In this document: in pieces, positions 1-13,500 of the stretch
Layout: each line of letters begins with the position of its first letter
Position numbering within the stretch: position 1 is the stretch's first letter
Assembly (NCBI GenBank): GCA_964035545.1
Contig: OZ037766.1
Location: 5,198,722 to 5,262,721 of the forward strand
Reading direction: 5' to 3'
Length of the DNA: 64,000 nucleotides
From: Bugula neritina
Lineage: Eukaryota > Animalia > Bryozoa
The notes under the pieces: model-generated
The model's database searches: none
What the model saw: only the letters and a program-made list of their open reading frames with translations
Told to the model about the DNA's origin: nothing
Position numbers and translations under genes: made by a program

Positions 1-424
1 AACCATGTGAATATAGGCAAATAATATATGTTCACTACATACATTAACTATTAGTACACAATACATATATAACATATATACACAATTATTACTTCAAGGC
101 TGAAAATTTGGTATAAATGTATCATCAGCAATATTTTAGTTCCATGATACAAAACATGACCAAAAGGGAACAAACAAATACTCTAAGTAATGCCATGAAA
201 AGCTGAAATGGTGTCTAAAGTCTGTCATTAAGAACGCTGAGTGATGGGACCAATTGTTCAACAGCTAGCTGTCTTCTGACCATATCATGAAGATTGTCAT
301 GGATATTAGAAGTACTAAAGAGTGACAGGCATGAAGAGATCAGTGGTCTATGAAGTCAATGACATCCAAAGCAGTTGCTGTGACATCTACATGAACACAG
401 TATCACGTGGCTACACCAGAGCAG

Positions 425-1048
425 CTATATTAAAGGTCCCCAGAGATGGCGACTGCTGTGCTTCTCATCAACAGATGTGAAGAATACTTGACCGACAGCG
501 ATAAAGTCAGCCTTACTAATTTCACTTTTCTGGTCAAAGCACACTTCAAATGAGTGTTTAGCATCTGCTGCCGAAATACCAATAGCCTCGTTATAAATAG
601 TCCATTTCTTGAGATTCACAACCCCGCTGCCATCCATGTCCACTACACCAAACAACAGACCGAGGGGTTCCTCTAACAGCTTCTTGCAGTCGGACAGTTT
701 GAGTAAATTTGCCATGAGCTCTACGAATTCTTCAGGAGGCACCTGATAGTCAAACCCCTTATCCTCTCCGCAGCACCAGAAGTCCTCCCACAGCTGAATC
801 ACCAGCCTCTGTATGAGGAATGCCGTCTGTTCACTCAACTTCCCTTTAGAGGTCAGAAGTTTCACAGTAGACTTAAAGTCATTTCGACAAACGAAGCCAT
901 CCCCGTTTATGTCCATACGACTGAAATGGGTCAACATTTTTCGCTGCCAAAATTCATTCTCGGCAGTACTATGTCCGTTCATGGCGTGGCCAGAGCTGAA
1001 CAAAGTTCTAATGCCAGACGCTATGTTGGAAATGATGTTGGCATGCAT
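425..1048 (-). CDS. Sarcoplasmic calcium-binding protein (SCP)-like EF-hand protein (SCP/aequorin/coelenterazine-binding protein superfamily)
   Basis: 207-aa ORF with FWQRKMLTHFSRMDINGDGFVCRNDF (EF1), FGVVDMDGSGVV (EF3) and C-terminal LWGPLI, all typical of invertebrate SCPs. The downstream ATG (MNGHST) is an alternative start. Minus-strand acceptor (ttttccag) at 1171 and donor (AG|gtaag) at 3638 suggest a 5'-UTR intron. Confidence 0.85.
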   Translation of the reverse strand: MHANIISNIASGIRTLFSSGHAMNGHSTAENEFWQRKMLTHFSRMDINGDGFVCRNDFKSTVKLLTSKGKLSEQTAFLIQRLVIQLWEDFWCCGEDKGFDYQVPPEEFVELMANLLKLSDCKKLLEEPLGLLFGVVDMDGSGVVNLKKWTIYNEAIGISAADAKHSFEVCFDQKSEISKADFIAVGQVFFTSVDEKHSSRHLWGPLI

Positions 1049-3739
1049 CTCTCTGCCACTTATATAACAGTGTCAGCTGGCAGCGCAAATCGAATGTGCA
1101 CTTCAGTATAGAATTTAGTCCAATTAGGTAACTGCTTCGATTTCTCACAGTAATCTCAATACAAGGCTGCCTGGAAAAATAAGATATATTAATATTAGGT
1201 TGCTCTATATGTCGCTAGATAATGACTTTCTGCTGCGCATGAATATACAATTACTGGCTCAATACTAGAAAAGTTCGTTGCTCTTTGCTTAAATCAAATG
1301 GCACACAATAAAACTTTCTACTGTAAGATGCAGTATTGTGTAAGAGCAAGTAAGTTTCAACAGTTCCTGAATGTTTAAGTTGAAATATCAGGGGAATGCT
1401 AATGCATGGAGATGTAGAAGTTACTGGTTGTTGAAATTAGTCAATTACAGTCACACATCACTAAATAATTTACATATTAAAGAATCCCTCAACAGATGTT
1501 TTATATTATTTTGTAAAAGTTACCCTGCAATCTAATAAATGATAATTACATTTGAACCGCCTTCATTGGATCAAATTTTAATCTGGGAACAAATGACCCG
1601 TAGCTGACCCGTGATATTTAATCAGCTAAAAGTGAAGGTGCAGTTAACTATCATTGCTCGTGTGTCAGTTGGAACTTGTATCACAGTATAATACCAAGTT
1701 TAGCTTTAACCCTTATTATAACAATTTTACTAACTACAGAAATACAGGCACACTAAACACAATAGCTTTTCCTGCCTTCATTAAAAAAATTACTCACATA
1801 TCACCCCTATATCAAGCCCAGACACTGTTTTGACTGATGACAAACTGAAAAGCAGCTGCCTCACTCAACAGGTCAACATAACATCTTCTAGTCTTGTCAC
1901 ATCACTTGATTTAACCACAAAGCTAAACATTCTACCAGCCTGAGAAAACCTGTTTCTATGTTATCATACAGCAAGTTTGCTATTCTAAAATACAGCTATG
2001 TGTATTGCATGTATAGCGAATTTGCACCAATGCTGATGTAAATTGTCAAAACATATCAATATTTAGTCAGCAGTTGAGTTTGTTGTCATTATAATTTTCA
2101 GCAACTAACAGAGGGGTCTGATTTTGATACTAAAGAACATCATTTATGATAAAATTGTGTAATATAAAATTGCATTAAAATGAAGTTATAAATATAACTG
2201 AATACCTGCAGAGAATGAGCATAATGAAATATATAAATAAGCCTTTAGACATAAGTAGGATAGTAAGTCCTGACAGCAGATCTTAATGTCTTGTTCAATT
2301 AGTATGTAGTACTATTAACAGCATCAGCAGCTGACTTAGAGAATTTATAGGTAGGAATACATTATGCAACCAATAGAATAGCAGTTCTGCCTACTAATTG
2401 TCAATGAGTTAAGATATTGTAAATCAGTTAGCAATACCATTATAATTTTTACTACTTACTAATACTACTTTTATTAGTCCATTACACTTAGTATTTATCA
2501 TTATCACAACCTTTTGTGTGCATATAATTGTAGCTTATAAAATTTAAGGAAATTTTAATTTGATAAATAATACTATGCTATACCCTCTGAATAATAAATA
2601 TAATTCGAACACCACACCAATATGTATCCAATTTTTAGATTGTAAATGTAATAGTGATACAGAGCAATATTCATACTCATACTGATGATACCAGGAGTAA
2701 GGGTGAGGAGACCAACGATTATAAATTAAAATATTAAATACTAAATATTAAATTTAATACAAGAGTATGTCTTACTCTTAGAAGTTAAAACTACCAAAAA
2801 ATTTCCACTTGATTCAACAGTTTAATAATAACTGACAGATTAACCGTAAGTGGAAGCAAGATGTTACTAATATTAGTAATACTAATATTATTAAATTACA
2901 CTTACTACTACTAATTACTATTAGTGCGAAGTTACTTGATCTCGAACTCATAGTCATACTGATACTCAGTCATACTGAGTCGAACTCATACCCACCAACT
3001 GTAAGTCTAAGTCTAACAGTTACACTTACAGTTACTGTAACTGTTGAGTGGCAATCTCACTGAAGTACTAGTAGGAGTTACTCATTACTGTTAGTGTAAG
3101 TGCTACGTATTTATTTGTTAGCTTTGCTGATTAAAATTTGTAGTTAGACTTTTTCAACAATAACTTTACACTTAATCTTATACTTATAGTAATATCAATA
3201 GTTGACACTTAATCATAATGTTATACTTATATTTATACAGTTAAACTTAAATTTAAAGTCAATTATAATCATAATGTTATTGTTATAGTAATAGTAATAC
3301 TAAATTACTTATACTTATAGTTATACTTATAGTTCTTTTTTAAACCTTTACTTTTAGTTTCACTCTCACTTCAGTGAATAAATAAATTAATCATTTAAAG
3401 TTAATAAATTAAAATCAAAATCAAAAACAGAGTCAGATGGAATACTAATAATAATAGTAATACTAATACTTAAGCTTTACTTAAGACTACTACTAGCCCC
3501 ACTGTCACTATGAGTATGCATCTGACTTAATCCTTATTGACCATCAGTATGAGTATCACATTCACTATGACTTTCACTATCACTATGACAAAGTATTCCA
3601 GTTTCAGTTTGAATTTAACATTTGCGATTTGTCTCTTACCTCTCGGGTTTAGAATAAATGCAGAAAATGAAAAATTAAATATCCTTTGTTGATTAATAAC
3701 AAAATATGTTTGATCTTTGTTTCCAAATCCTGTCACACC

Positions 3740-5530
3740 CACTTGAGCCTTCGGATGAGCTGCAACGCTAACTGCCCAGCACTTTGACTTTCAACAGTGG
3801 TAAGGATACTTCTCGCACCAATCTCTTCAATATTATGATTTTTACTAACGTTCTTAGCTTGACCAATCGCTTATTTGTAGTATATATTACAGGCTTTTTA
3901 TTGGCCAATTCTTTTAGCGCGTCAATGAGCTTGTTATTAAAATAATTGCTCCGGAAACATGATGGTTTAAAAGGACAACTCCAATTTCATATACATTCAA
4001 ATCATTGAAAAGAAAACTCCCTTTTCGTAACAAAACTATTTTTTATAGATTTGACTTATCGCAAGCGTTGGTCACAACTCATTCAGGCAGAATCTTTTCA
4101 TAACTTAATAACTAAGAAATAATGTTAGCAAAATGATGCGTTCTGTGTTTTTCTTCCTTTTAACTTTCAAACTAGCTTGCTTTACTATGTAAGAATGTCG
4201 TATAATATTATACATGCAGTTAGCAGTAAGTTATATACAACATTTTTTACTATTTATAACTATAGCTGGTGATATTTATTGTCTATGACTTTATGTCATC
4301 ACAGTGATTGATATATTTTGTGCACTATTTTCTTAAACAGAACTTTTTGCATCTTGAATTTAGTGTGATGTATTAAATAATAATGAAGTACTGCATAATT
4401 ATACGGATATTTTCATTCTAATCCAGGTTTTTTACTTCTATAAGAACACACATACACGCAATCTAAACTTTATAGTATATTGTAAAACAAAATTTCCTAA
4501 AAAAAAACAAAAAATGGTAATTAACTATAATAATTTATAAAAAAAAGGTTAAATAATACATTATTGAAACAACATTACACTTTTCAAATTTATCTAGCTT
4601 TGTGAATATGTAAAAATATTGTGTACTAAAATTGCATACTACTAGCTTGATTGATTTCATCTTTAATTTATATGATGGCTCAATGAGTATTCTAACAAAT
4701 TTTCTTTTTGCAAAAAATTTTTTAGTTAAACAGATTTTGTAATTAGGATTTTAGCTAAAATTCTTTACAAACATATTGAATAAAACCTCACTTTAGTCAC
4801 CAGCGTTATGTTTATATAAAGATATTTCATAGCATATTTATTACAAATTAGGCATATGCACAAATAATTAAGCACACATAATAGAACAATTAGATCATCT
4901 TTGAATTGCGTCTGTGTAACAAATTTTGCATTATCATTATTTATTATTTGTCACCATCTCTACACTAAAGTATTTATAATATATTATTATAAGTTATCAT
5001 TGATACAAAAGACCTCTTGAAAGATTACTATGAATATACATTACATCAAAAAATAAAGTGTAAACCGGCCTTCTTGCCCAACCACCTAGATTTGCATAAA
5101 TTATGAATATTTTAAAAATGAAGCATGAAGCAACATTTTTTCAGCTGTAAAAAGTGATGAATAACAATATACACTTGTGAACTATGCCTAATGATCATAG
5201 ATTTCAATACATTATAAATGAGACATATATTATCAATATTGCATAAGTTTAGCTTAACTTACTATAATATATATATGCCGATTCCATTTATAATTGTACA
5301 ACAATGCTAGCAAATAACTATCAATAAAGCTCTATTTGACTTGATAAAATATATGTATGCTTATAGATTTAGTAGTTTCTCAAGAAAATTTTAAATTTTT
5401 ATATTATTTTTATTATAGCAGAGTTGCCTTAGTCGTGTGGAGTTGTCTTCTCATTTTTAAAAATGGCTCGAGAAGCTAGTTTGATTCGTTAACACGTGAA
5501 TTCGAAAGATGTCTGCTACCCATACCCTAG
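3740..5530. promoter_or_regulatory. Probable divergent promoter region between the SCP-like gene and the spectraplakin
   Basis: CCAAT boxes (gaccaatc ~3861, attggccaat ~3900) and CpG-retaining patches at ~3730-4080 and ~5430-5530 in otherwise CpG-poor DNA; the flanking genes point outward. Start sites are inferred, not observed. Confidence 0.4.
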
Positions 5531-8500
5531 AAGCAGAATGAGAAAGGGAACCTAGTCATAGTGATAATGTGTTTTTATCTGTAAAAGTAATACGATCTGA
5601 CTGTCTAGTAAATATATCTGAATACTATAATATTATCAGAACTTTATTTGTTTATTATTGCAGTAAGAAGAATAGTAACATTATTAATATTATTAATCAG
5701 ATTTACTTTTACTCGGGTTTACTTTTAGCAACTTTATCATTATGATTATGATTATCATTATGATTATGATCATTCTTATGATTGTTTTTATAACTATTGA
5801 ATTAATATTATTATTTATATTATCATACGATTAATAATGATACTATTAATATTATTATTATAGTAAATTGACATGTATATATATAATTATATGGTATTAT
5901 TCATAATAATGAATATTAATAATAATATTTATTATTTATTATTCTGAATATTATTAAATTTGATAGCATATATGATATATGATATAATAATAAATATTAT
6001 CATAATGATCATGATATATTTATAAACTTGAAGTTGAAATAAGAATTGAACTTTAACTTGTGTTAAACTTTTGTTAAGCACTAAGCCGAAACTGAAAGAT
6101 AGTTGTCTTATAGTTATAGATATACTGATACTCATAGTGATAGTAATTAGTTAATGTAAAAATCTAAATCAAAGTGTCACATGCTTATGTGAGTGTGATT
6201 ATGATTATTACGCAGTTTTAAGGCTCAAAATTAAAGATAATAGTTAATGCTATTTATAATTCGAATTATGATTACCAATTTTCAACATATATTAATATTG
6301 TTATTGTAATTGATGTTACTATTAATAATTAATATCATATCATCTCATATTGGTATTGATATAGTAACCGAATTGATATTGATAGTAATTATTTCAAGCA
6401 CAATCACAATAAAACTCTGGAAATTAGTAATGCTGTTAAAAGCATCAACATTGGGTTTATAATTTAAATTATTATTATAATCTCTAGTTTTGATTTTTGT
6501 TTCTAGTATACTTTTCTTTGTGATTACTCATGCTGATGCAGTCACACAAACTTATCATTGCCACTGTTACTGTAATCCAATATGATAATAACGTGAATGT
6601 CATTTTAGTTTTAATACTGAATCATTACACTTTTAGGGTTTTCAAAAGTTGTAGCACTAGCTACCTAATGAGAAAGGAGTGGGAAAATGCAATATTTTTA
6701 AAACTGCAAAGTTAAAGACATAATCCTTAAAAGTGCTAATTGTGCTTCAATTGATTATATATTTCAAGCCTCTCTATTGCCAAAATTCAACAAACCAACA
6801 ACCAAAAATGCCCCAACAGCATGTTTTCTTTCTGATATATTACCATAAACAGAATTTACATATTTACGGAAGCTATACAGTTTGTGGGGTAGGTTATGAC
6901 TAGGCCATAACTAGATTATGTTTCCCAGATTTAAATATTATATAATTTCTTAAAAACTTTATCTTACATTTAGTCAGTTATTAGGAGTAATTGGATAATT
7001 TATGCAAAATAGTTTATTTGATTTGAGTTTTTAGGTAGGCTACTGCCTTGGCAACTCAAAAATCTAACAACAAAACATCAGTATTATTATCCAATCAGCA
7101 ATCACCTAAAACTAGTAACAAATAGCCTTGCTCTATTAAAGGCTACACTGCATCTCATTGGATGAGCAAATTGGCTAGTTCAAAGTTCATCATACATCAT
7201 GTGTTGAAAAATGAATGAGCAACGAAATAATGATAACAATCATAGTAGATCAGCACTGATTGAAATAGCATACAAAGATTTAGGTATCTTCGCGCTGGCT
7301 CTATAATACGGAGTCTGTATCTGTATCTCGCACTTAACAGCTACAGCTATACTATCTGCAGAGTGTGTCATGCTAACTATAGAATAACTCTAGAGCTGAG
7401 GGAAAACTGCAGACTGATCCTATAGTTACTGGATATCTAAATCTATAAAAACAGTTACAAACTGACAACAGAGTGGGACTGCAGCATAACTATTAGTATT
7501 AGGCCTGAAACATTGACTTGGTTTATTTGTGAAGAATAGCACGTATTGCAGTGACAAACTGATATGGATAAGTGACTAGCTACTTTTTGACAGGTAGTAA
7601 CTGTAAGTACACTATGTAGATTATAAACACTGATTTCTAGTAGTTGGCACACTTCCTGTTATACACTTATCAGTTGACTTTCTGTTCATCACTGTTCAAA
7701 AAGATAGACACTGTTGCCTGTTGGCATATTAAACTGTAAAGGGTCATCTTTGCTGTAACTAAACTCATTGAAATGTACTTGCATACATGTATAATAGTTC
7801 AAGCTTAAAGGCATAAAAAATCTTAGTCTTAGTGAAAAGTTGTAATGAGAGTTCAACTTCTTGCCCTCACCTCCCAGCTGAAATCAAATTGTCAAACTAC
7901 GTACTGATTAGCCTAGCTTAATTGCAGTTGTATGCCTAAATTTACAGCAAAGTTGCTAGTGGAAAATAAACAAACATCTGATATACCAACTTTAGGAAAA
8001 TATTTTGTTGCTTTTAACAGCAAGAGCATTTTATTCAAAATATTTTTATGCTCAAAGAAATGATTATAAATACAAATTTCTATGCTTGTAGTTTTACTTG
8101 GTGAAGTAAAGTTATGGAATTAGATTGTTTCTTACTACTTAAAATTCAATCTGCTAAGTCATCGTATAACAAATACGAAATTGAATTTTATTATTTGGCG
8201 ATGCAATATAAATATGTATACAAGTTTATGTCAAAGCAAAGATTACATTCACTACAACGCAGTAGTAATTGAGCCAGAGGAAGTGACTGGTAACCAATAA
8301 TGATGATCGTGATCCCCTGTGTAGTTAGCAGACTATAATATCATTAGCTGAGTCATGCTGCCAATGCTGCTGCTATACTAACTTTGTTTACAGTCTATAT
8401 CCTTCTACTAACTACTAGCTAAGTCCAAATTGTATAAAGATAGAATCAATAATGCAAATTATAGTACATAGCATCAAGTATGTGGTATGTTATACCCCTG

Positions 8501-10350
8501 TGAGACTATCCAATGTATTTGGAATGATCATTCTATGCTGATGCCAAGAGTGATAACAGTTGCTTACATGTAGCTCTGTATAATTAGAATTATTGCAGTT
8601 ATAGTATAATTATGTATATACATATATATTACATGAATAATCAAATGAGATGTTGAGAAATTGTTTGCGTAAAGCTTGAAAAATGACAAAAGAACTGATA
8701 TTTTCTCTTACCCTGACAGCCTAAGTGATGCTCAGTTTAATTGAAATTCAAGCCATTTAGTAAACTACTGTTATTCCCTTGTGAGGTGACATCATAATAT
8801 GATTTTACTAAAATACTGATACACCACCTGCTTGCTGGCTGACAACTAAAAGTGAATCACCAGTTCCAAACCCTTTTGTAATGAGATATTAGGTTTGACA
8901 TACTGCATTTCTTGTCCTGTGTTCACTGCATGAAAAATAAAAAAGAATTTCTTTACAAAAACTGCTTGGTTGTAGTCCACATTGTTACTTTGGGCTCTGC
9001 TTATTACATTATAATGACATCCTGCAAGATTTCACTACTCTACTTTTGATTGTATAGCTATGTGCGATTTTTGCAGTTTTAGGTCTTTTATTGTTGTTTA
9101 CAAAAGTTAATTTGACCAAGATTTGCTTGCCAAATATAAAATTGGAATTATATTTTCAAATACCAATTTTAGAGGCTCACAAACTTGTTTCATTCAATCT
9201 TTCACACCATCTTTCTGTATAAGTAACGCTATTATTAGAATTGTGTTTGGTGGAGTGGGAGTTGTGCTTCTGTCATGAAAGTGTCAGACTGACACTGACT
9301 GGCATACCTAATCAGCAGCAATCCCTAGTCTCGAGTAGCCTTGAATGGAGGCAGCAGCTGCTATAATTACTTGTATACAAGTGCTAGTTTACTTGTATAA
9401 TATGAATATGTTGAGCCTTGTTGGTAAGCGAAGCTGAGTATGAGTGTTGAAGTCGTTGAGAACTTGGAAGGAAGCAAGCTTTTTCCTCATTCTCTATAGT
9501 TTAGACTCCAACTTCTTATATAGTGGAAAAATTCAAGAAAATATGGATATTTAATGGACTAATGAAGTAGTGTTAGCTGTTACCTGCATGAGATAAGATG
9601 GTGTGTGATAGCAAAGTAGATAGAATACGCTGGTAGCACAATGTTCAACTTTGGGCAATCTAAAAATCCTTTTCAAGTGTTCAATTATATATATTTCTAA
9701 TCTTTCTATTATTGATTAATATCCTCTTTACTTGTTGGCCTGTAATAGATTAAGATCTGTTACTTTAAATTTTTCCATTTTTCTGTCATGTGCAGCTTCA
9801 ATGTGCATGAAACCTTATTCTATTTGAGGAAGTATTTAAAGGAAAGAATTACTTTTGTGTTTAAAACAAATATATTAATGACCTCTAATATAAATATATT
9901 AAGATAGATTAATTCAGGTAGGCTTTTATGATTGGGTTCACAGATACTTGTAGTTAAACTTTTTGTACTTAGTAAATATATGCAAGAATATCATTTGCTT
10001 TGTATCATATTCCCTAATGTATTTTACCTTTAGCTAAGTAGTGGGTATAGCCAAAACCAAGGATGCTGTGTTATAGCTCATTAGCAGTGGTATATTTTCA
10101 CCCAAGAATAGATTTAACAGGACATAAAAAGCAATTTATTCAATGGTTTTTAACTCAAGCTACTCTTAGACTATTTTGTCATTTGCTCAAGTTGCTGTAG
10201 TTATAGGTTAAATTATTATATCTGTATAGTTTAACTGAGATTTCATTTAAAAGTGTGGATTTTGAGCTGCATATATGCTACTGTCACTAATCTTGCCAAC
10301 AGCTGTACTGCTATTTTATAGTCTCCACTTGTCAATGTAGAGCTGCTGGA

Positions 10351-10528
10351 ATGGCAGAGAAGGAGAAAGCATCGCTACCAGTAAGAAGTGCCCATTCATG
10401 GTCACACATAACCAGGGAACCTGACGACTGGGCTCAAGAGCATAAACGTCGTGATCTTAGGGAGTTTATCATTCCACTCAGTGTCCTTCACCTTGACCCG
10501 GCAGATCGCAAGGTCATTCGAATAGCAG
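10351..10528 (+). CDS. Spectraplakin first coding exon A (MAEKEK...[12 protein letters not shown]), GC donor
   Basis: Acceptor AG at 10339-10340. The ending resembles the LDPAERAVLRIA segment preceding CH1 in DST/MACF1. Donor AG|GCAAGT at 10529 is phase 1 and joins 15379. Confidence 0.85.
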
Positions 10529-13500
10529 GCAAGTTTACACATGTTTATTTTTGAATTTATATTTTTACAGTGTATTGTAAGTGTTAGTATGTAAATATAA
10601 TCAGACAAATATTGCAGCCATGTCTATACTCTATACAGTACATGAGGGGGTAATATAATAGTATTTATTGGTTAGAACAATTCATATTTCAAGCAACTCT
10701 CTTTTATATTATATCAAAGAGATAATCTGCAGCAAAAACTTGACGACTCGATAAGCATAACGATAATAATAATATGCAGATATTTATTTTTGTGGGAATT
10801 GTTTCTAAAAAAGTGCTCTCATTTTCCAAAGTTTACAATGCCTCCATTGTGACTGATAGACAGAATAATCTGTTGATTTACACTACAAGGCTGGCCCTCA
10901 TCTCTCAACACACAGTACAAGGATATCTTTATTATAAGCACAATTTAGTACAGAGCAAGGTTTCTTAGAGAGTGAGGCTGAGGATATACGAATGCATTTG
11001 ATAATAGCTGTGCATGAAGACTAAATAACTCATGCAAGAGTTAAATACATTCAATTGTTTAAAAAAGTCCCCCCCTCCAGCAAGATTAGTTCAATGATTT
11101 TTTTGTCATACTAGCCAAATATTTTGGTGTTGTTTCCCCCTGTACAGGCCTTGAGGTTGATAAGCTTATTGAAAACAAAATGTAGAGCCGCACTTTTTTT
11201 GCACAGGCAACAGTTTTAACAACTTACTGTCGAAAATTCCAGATAAAAACTATTTGTTGGTCCATTGATATGGGAGTTTTAATTTATTGTGTTGGTCAAT
11301 TTTGACGTATAAACTTTCTGTGTAGTAAAATTTGCTTAACTGGAAATAGGTACGAGATTTTTTATTGAAATGATAACTCCATAATTGTATATTTGATGTA
11401 TTTTGTAAAAGAGAAATAACTTAGAGGCTTTACAGTGCAGGCATTTATAATGTGTAGCTAGTGTAGTATCTATGATTATATATGGGGCAAAGTAAAACTA
11501 CCCAGTTGTGACATCACTACGTACAATATCTCCAGTAGTTTGGTTTGTGTCAACTTTGTAATCATTATTCTTGATATCTCCCTGCCAGAGGTTTAATTAA
11601 AATTCGACACTGTTTAACTTTAGGATAGATTATGGGATTGATGGCTAGACTAATACCTTAAGCTGATTCTATCTTCTCACTCCCATCAGTCTCTTTATTG
11701 ACTCACTTAATATGTAATATGTAATATTATTTTTATTACTCACTATTATAGTCTTAATAGTATCAAATTCTTATTATATAAAACACACAGTGTGATACTT
11801 GCACTGCTAAAAGTTATCCATAGTTGTTTATGGTTATTCCCAAACATAATATGTCAACCAGGTACATTTAGGTGTTGCACTCTGGGTAATTAATATGACG
11901 ATTTTTTTTCAAAATACTTGTGTCTGTGTGCTATACTATGCTATGCTATACTATGTTATACTGTGCTATACTATGCTATACTATGCTAAACTATGCTATG
12001 ATATGCTAAACTATGCTAAACTATGCTATGATATGCTAAACTATGCTATAATATGCTATGCTATACTATGCTATGCCACTGCACTACACTGCACTGCACT
12101 ATACAGTAGATAATATTGACTGATTTGTAATGCGTAGTCAAATATTTGTAGTTTGTTAACTCAAACATTTTTACACCCAGTCTTTTCAAGTTTGGCTTTC
12201 ACATAATATAATACTATGCTTATGACCACTGATAAGCACTCAACTACGGTAATTTGGAATCCTTTTTTTTAAAGAAAACTTTGGTTTAATATACTTTTCG
12301 CAATTTCGCACAAAACACACATGCACCATCTTTTAGTTATCACAATAATTTTATTCATAAAACAACAATAGTTTAGATATATTAGGATTTTTGGGCCCTC
12401 TAGATTTTCGAGGTAAACTATTTGTGTAGAAAATAATGAGTAACTTTTAATACAATTTATGGCATTGAAAGTAACATATCTCAGCTCCTGCAGCTACTAT
12501 CTAGTAATAGTCAGTAGTAATTAATTTTATAATTCCTAACACTTTCATGTTACAGCCCCTCAAAGGCCAATTAATGTCTCAAACCAAGGCTGTGTTCAAG
12601 TATGATAAACTCATCTGATATTATTATTGTAATTATTAACTTATAATTAATCAAATATGTTTGGTTTTGACACAAATTATTCTAATTATTATGCCTTGAC
12701 CTGATTTATGGTATAACTTGGTTATTGCTTCTTGCTCTAGCATATAATGATAGTTTACAATATTTATATTATGTTAAAAGTATATAATAATATTATGATT
12801 GAAATTGCAACAAAAAAATTCTTGTTAAAACTATTGTAACACTATAATGTATAGTGTTTACTCACGTTAATTATATACTTTTATGAAGCAGCGTTTTGTT
12901 TAGATCAAAAGATGTATTTATTGTTTTAAACCCTTTCGATCTAGTTATATTATGGAGTTGTCAACTTTTCCACCAATACTTCCTCCCACTATTTTATACA
13001 TTATAACCTCAATAAGAGAAGTTACCTTCTCACTGAAAAATAAATATTGATTAATTTAAGTTAGATTATGAAATCTCCGAATTGTAGATTTGTTGCTTTA
13101 AATTCTATAACATTATATTTATATGCTACCAACAAACAGCTAGCCGTTAAAGAACTTATAGTTTTTCATTCTGCATTTACTAATAACATTTTCACGGCCC
13201 TTTTTAATTGTGCTGATTATTAATTGTATGTAAATGTTGTAATATAATTATATAGTGCTGCACTATAGTGCTAATAAACCTAGTGTGAGAAATGTCAGTG
13301 TGATGCATGTGTCAGTATGGTGCATGTGTCAGTATGGTGATTGTAGATTCAGTTTAGTATTCAACTATTTAGTTTAGTTTTATGTTGACTCAAGTCAAAT
13401 TTTATGCTAACCAATCACCTAATGCTTAATTGGAAGTCAAATGTTTGAAATTGATACATTGATTCATTATTTAGTTTACAGGTTTCAGGTTTTGTTCTAA

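Noticed and set aside
3527-3742. Hydrophobic small ORF (likewise 5932-6135 and 6530-6715) as a membrane peptide
   Set aside because: Produced by the hexamer-phased tracts; no other coding evidence.
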